Shown: positions 59,619-64,000 of the stretch, piece after piece
Position numbering within the stretch: position 1 is the first letter of the stretch
Layout of the letters: every line of letters begins with the position of its first letter
Source: Leucoraja erinacea
Taxonomy: Eukaryota
Assembly: GCF_028641065.1 (NCBI RefSeq)
Contig: NC_073383.1
Coordinates: 20,336,001-20,400,000, forward strand
Direction of reading: 5' to 3'
DNA length: 64,000 bases
Translations under genes and position numbers: made by a program
The notes under the pieces: model-generated
The model's database searches: none
What the model was told of the DNA's origin: nothing
The model's input: the letters and a program-made list of their open reading frames with translations, nothing else

Positions 59619-62600
59619 AGGATTTTTCAAAGTACTTTATAGAAGTAATGTTTTGAGCAATTCATTTTTAAATTTCTACCCTTGCTCTACTGCACAGCCA
59701 AATTGAATGACGGTCTGATTATTCTTTGAAAAATAAAATAATCAGATGCACAAATACTCCTTTGTGTATTTAGTTTAATTTGTTCAACCATCAAACATTT
59801 GGAACTTTAAAAAGCCACAAAACAGACATTAGGTTGTCAATTGTAGTTAACTATAGCCTGCCATGTAGCCCTGTGTCTTGTGCAACATAGTTCAGATGGG
59901 GAACTGAAGAGAACTATGTTGTTATCAGGATACTTAAAATAGTTATAGAAAAATGGCATATAGCTGAAAAACTGATTTGATTAAAAATGGTATGTATGAA
60001 CATGAGGCCTAAATAGTTGTTGAACAATGTGTTATCTACACTATCAGGATATTTTTGTAAATAGAACTTTCAATTTATACTTGGAAATATGTATAAACAT
60101 TTTCCAGGGTTTTTAAAGGTAATTAATTTGTGCTTGGTTGAAAATGGGGAAGAATATACCAATATTTGCTTTAAGAGCCGTGACAGTTTTCATGCTACAG
60201 TTTTTAAACTTTTCTCAATTACCTTCGGCACAACATCCTTTAATAAAATCCTGGACATTGCCTGTTCACCCAGTAAATGAAAAAAAAGACTGACCTTGCA
60301 GTACGTTCCCAAGCACCCAGGCACAAAGGAAGGTTCCATACATAGAACAGTAATCTGCCCACTACATCTGTGCTGAATATGATACAAATCCAGCCACTCT
60401 CATCGGCCTCCACATAGTCCATATCTCATAATCCCTTGCCTGTTCATGTTCCTGTTTAAATGCCTCTGCAATGTTGCTATTGTATCTGCTTCCACCACTA
60501 CCCCCAGTAGCTGGCACCCACCATTATGTGTAAATAAAATAAAATTGCTCCACACATCATCTTTAAACTTTGCCCCTCACTTTAAAACTATGCCATATAG
60601 GCTTTGACATTTCCACCCTGGGAGAAATCTGACTGTTTATCCTAACATTGCCTCTCAGTTTTATACCTTTAAACCTATGGCATTCCAGAGAAAACAATCC
60701 AGCCTTTATTGACAACGAATACCCTCTAATCCAGGCAGCGTTGTGGTAAACCTCTAATGTATCCTCTCCAAAGCCTCCAACTACCTTTGTTTTTTCTTCC
60801 TTACCACCAGCTGGAGGTCCAAAAGGTCCTTCCACGTGAAGCAGTGTTTCGCTTGTCTTTCTTCTAATTGAGTGAATTGCATGACATTGCTCACAACATG
60901 GATTTACGGGACAGAGAAACCAAACAACACTTGGGTGTCTTCTTTGTGGAGCACCTACATTTGAGTCAGGGGTGCCTTGGATCTCCCTATTGTGTGTCAT
61001 GGTAATTCCACATCCCATCCTGACCTGTGTGGCCTATTCCCTGATAACAAGGCCAACCATACACTTGAGGAATAGCAAGTCCGAAGAAGGGTCTTGACCC
61101 GAAACGTCACCTATTCCTTCTCTCCAGAGATGTTGCCTGACCCGCTGAGTTACTCCAGCATTTTGTGTCTACCTTGAGGAATAGCAACTCATTTTCCATC
61201 TGTGCCTGTTGAAACACTTCAGCCACAACACTGAATTCTGCAACTTCAGGCATCTCACTTTCTCCGTCTTTGTCGGGACATAGCCATGACCACTAAGTCT
61301 TCCATCTGTAATATTGTCCTTATCTCGCTGCATCAATACAGCCTTACCTGCTGGACATGTCTTGCAGCCTTGCGTAACACATCTTCCCTCATTCCCTAAA
61401 AGGATATAAAGGGCTGAAGTAACTCAGCAGATCAGGCAGCATCTCTAGAGTATGTGGATGGATGACGTTTCCAGTCAAGACCCTTCTTCAGACTTAACAT
61501 TCTTTAAATCCCCCCCCCCCCCCCCCATCATGACCAGATGCCCTCTACAACTTCTACCCACAGTAAAGCTCACCTCGGCCTGTGTAAATTGTCTCGTTTG
61601 ACTTGTAACGCTCCTAGGTGGCTGTTCACAGTTTGATTCTTAGAGAACGGAATGTGGAGTGATTTTGTTTTCTAACCTTTTGTATTAAACAATTGCTGTT
61701 AGTGATACGTATCATTGTTAAGACTACAGAATAATTTGTAATTATGTAAATGATTAATGTTTTCAGTATTTACTCTATACGTGACTCAAGAAAACCATTT
61801 GGAAGCTTTGATTTATTTTCAAAGCCTGATCCTCAGCTTTCAGGTTTTCCATTGCCTAGTAATGTGACATTCTTTATCTGTAGATCGTTTGCATTGAGTT
61901 GCTCTGAGTTAATTCTGTAGGAAGTCTGTAAAGATGAATGTACTGGTAAAAGTTTTCAATTTGCTTACAAACGGTGGTCCCGAAATCGAGGCACGCAGTT
62001 CCTATTTTGCACGCGAAATGGCCTGAGTTACAAATGCAGCAGGGAACTTGCTCTCTGAAAAAAAAGTCAGTTAATGTAATTTTGAATGCCTCAAAAACAT
62101 TAAAAGCTGGACACAAATGAAAGATTGTTAAATCATTACAATAAATACATAGGGTCCTGTACTCTCAGGATCTGATTTCTTACTTTCAAATGCCGAAGCA
62201 TTCCATTTGCTTGGCTCATACAGCTCGGTCTCTACGTACCTGACATGTAGGAATAGGATACTGGGAAAAGTATTTCTTCCAACCTGAGCTGAAAGGCCCA
62301 AGGAATGTTGTCCTTTCATTTGCCTACTGGAAGGCAGGTGTTGGAGATGCAGCCAACCTGTGTTTGAACACTGTTCCATAGGGCAAAGAAGCCCGGAGCA
62401 CAACATATGTCACCATGCGCTTGAATTTCCAGAGCAATATGCCAATAAATTTGAGGGGGGGGGGAAATGTTTCCATGAACAAATGACCGATGGGAACACT
62501 TTTCTGAGGTAGGGAGGTAAAATGCTGGCAGGCAAAGCATTAAAGACAATGAAACAAGAGATTTAAGGTCAATCATTTTTTCTCTCCAGTGAAATACATT

Positions 62601-63239
62601 TTAAAGAAATTCAAACTGCAGCCCTCTAGATTTCCTTTAAAGAATGAAGCATCCTTTGATTTTATATCAATGCCATATATTAGCAAACATTAATGATGGA
62701 ACATTTTGATATGGTTGGTAATTTCTTTATATCAAATAAATGTACATATTTACGCAATTACTTAAAGTGATATATTTAAATGTATCTTTACGCCACTATT
62801 ATCGCAAATAGATTTGGATAGTTCATCTGCAGAACCAGGATAATTTATCTTATTTCGAGGAATAAACCATTAAACTGATCAAAATGATATTTTACTCCAT
62901 GAGCGATGGGAGAAATCAACATTAATTGAAATTTATTTCGTTTTTAGTTTGAGACATTCCGTGGTAAGTGATTTAACCATCTTATAAATCAAAGTTTGTT
63001 TGTACTTGACAAAAAAACACTTTTGCACAGCGACGCGAAAGATTGTAGCTGTTTAAACGCTGGAGAAAGATGTAGTCCATAAGACCAAAAGGAAATAGGA
63101 GAGGGAGTAGCCACTTGATCCCTCCAGTGCCTCAGGAGGGCTATTCAGATCCAAGCAGAAGAACATTGGCTACAACCATTAACATTCACTTGTATGTGTT
63201 CACACACAGACTGATGGTCTGTGTACTGGTGCCAAACCA

Positions 63240-64000
63240 TATAACAATTACAGCACGGAAACAGGCCATCTCGGCCCTTCTAGTCCGTGCCGAACACTTA
63301 CTCTCCCCTAGTCCCATCTACCTGCACTCAGACCATAACCCTCCATTCATTTCCCATCCATATACCTATCCAATTTATTTTTAAATGATAAAATCGAACC
63401 TGCCTCCACCACTTCCACTGGAAGCTCATTCCACACAGCTACCACTCTGAGTAAAGAAGTTCCCCCTCATGTTACCCCTAAACTTTTGTCCCTTAATTCT
63501 CAAATCATGTCCTCTTGTTTGAATCTTCCCTACTCTTAATGGAAAAAGCTTATCAAATCTGTCTATCCGTCTCATAATTTTAAAGACCTTAACCTTCTGC
63601 GCTCCAGAGAATAAAGACCTAACTTATTCAACCTTTCTCTGTAACTTAGTTGTTGAAACCCAGGCAACATTCTAGTAAATCTCTGTACTCTCTCTGATTT
63701 TGTTGACCTTTCCTATAATTTGGCAACCAAAATTGTACACCATACTCCAGAATTGGCCTCACCAATGTCTTATACAATTTTAACATTACATCTCAACTTC
63801 TATACTCAATGCTCTGATTTATAAAGGCCAGCGCACCAAAAGCTTTCTTTACCACCCTATCTACATGAGATTCCACCTTCATGGAACTGCAGTTATTCCT
63901 AGATCCCTCTGTTCAACTGCATTCCTCAATTCACTACCATTTACCATGTACGTCCTATTTTGATTTGTCCTGCCAAGATGTAGCACCTCACATTTATCAG
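63240..64000 (-). mobile_element. CR1-clade LINE 3' fragment running off the window
   Basis: Reverse strand LVRPILEYGVQFWLP, WNELPVEVVEAG and a CR1-type tail. Confidence 0.75.

Noticed and set aside
59700-64000. OSBPL6 coding exons expected from synteny
   Set aside because: No OSBP-domain C-terminal sequence was recognisable in any frame I read.

Overview
Vertebrate genomic DNA, most likely from a cartilaginous fish such as a skate or ray (inferred from the HE1-type SINE and CR1-type LINE repertoire and from protein divergence). It carries four intron-containing genes in the order known from other vertebrates: PLEKHA3/FAPP1 (-, 8 coding exons), FKBP7 (+, 4 exons, HDEL tail), PJVK/pejvakin (-, 6 coding exons) and PRKRA/PACT (+, 8 exons), arranged as two head-to-head pairs. 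All exons were traced by hand using splice sites and reading frame. Introns hold nested mobile DNA: CR1 and Rex1/Babar-type LINEs, a DD34E Tc1 element, hAT MITEs, tandem non-autonomous Helitrons, Penelope-like elements and tRNA-derived SINEs. There are two N gaps. Main observations: (1) 135-200 bp retroposons that begin exactly at G1 of an HDV-like ribozyme fold, a minimal 54-nt version in two copies; both copies that keep the catalytic C are antisense to their host genes, while the sense copy has C to T at that position; (2) the PJVK C-terminal zinc motif resembles a piggyBac transposase cysteine-rich domain; (3) about 38 TGACGTG (CRE/UPRE-like) motifs in a minisatellite in the PJVK-PRKRA promoter; (4) minimal hammerhead cores in Penelope-derived repeats; (5) a duplication that disrupts the last PLEKHA3 exon; (6) TRBP-like dsRBD1/2 in PRKRA. 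Comparisons with human proteins are from memory and need confirming by alignment.
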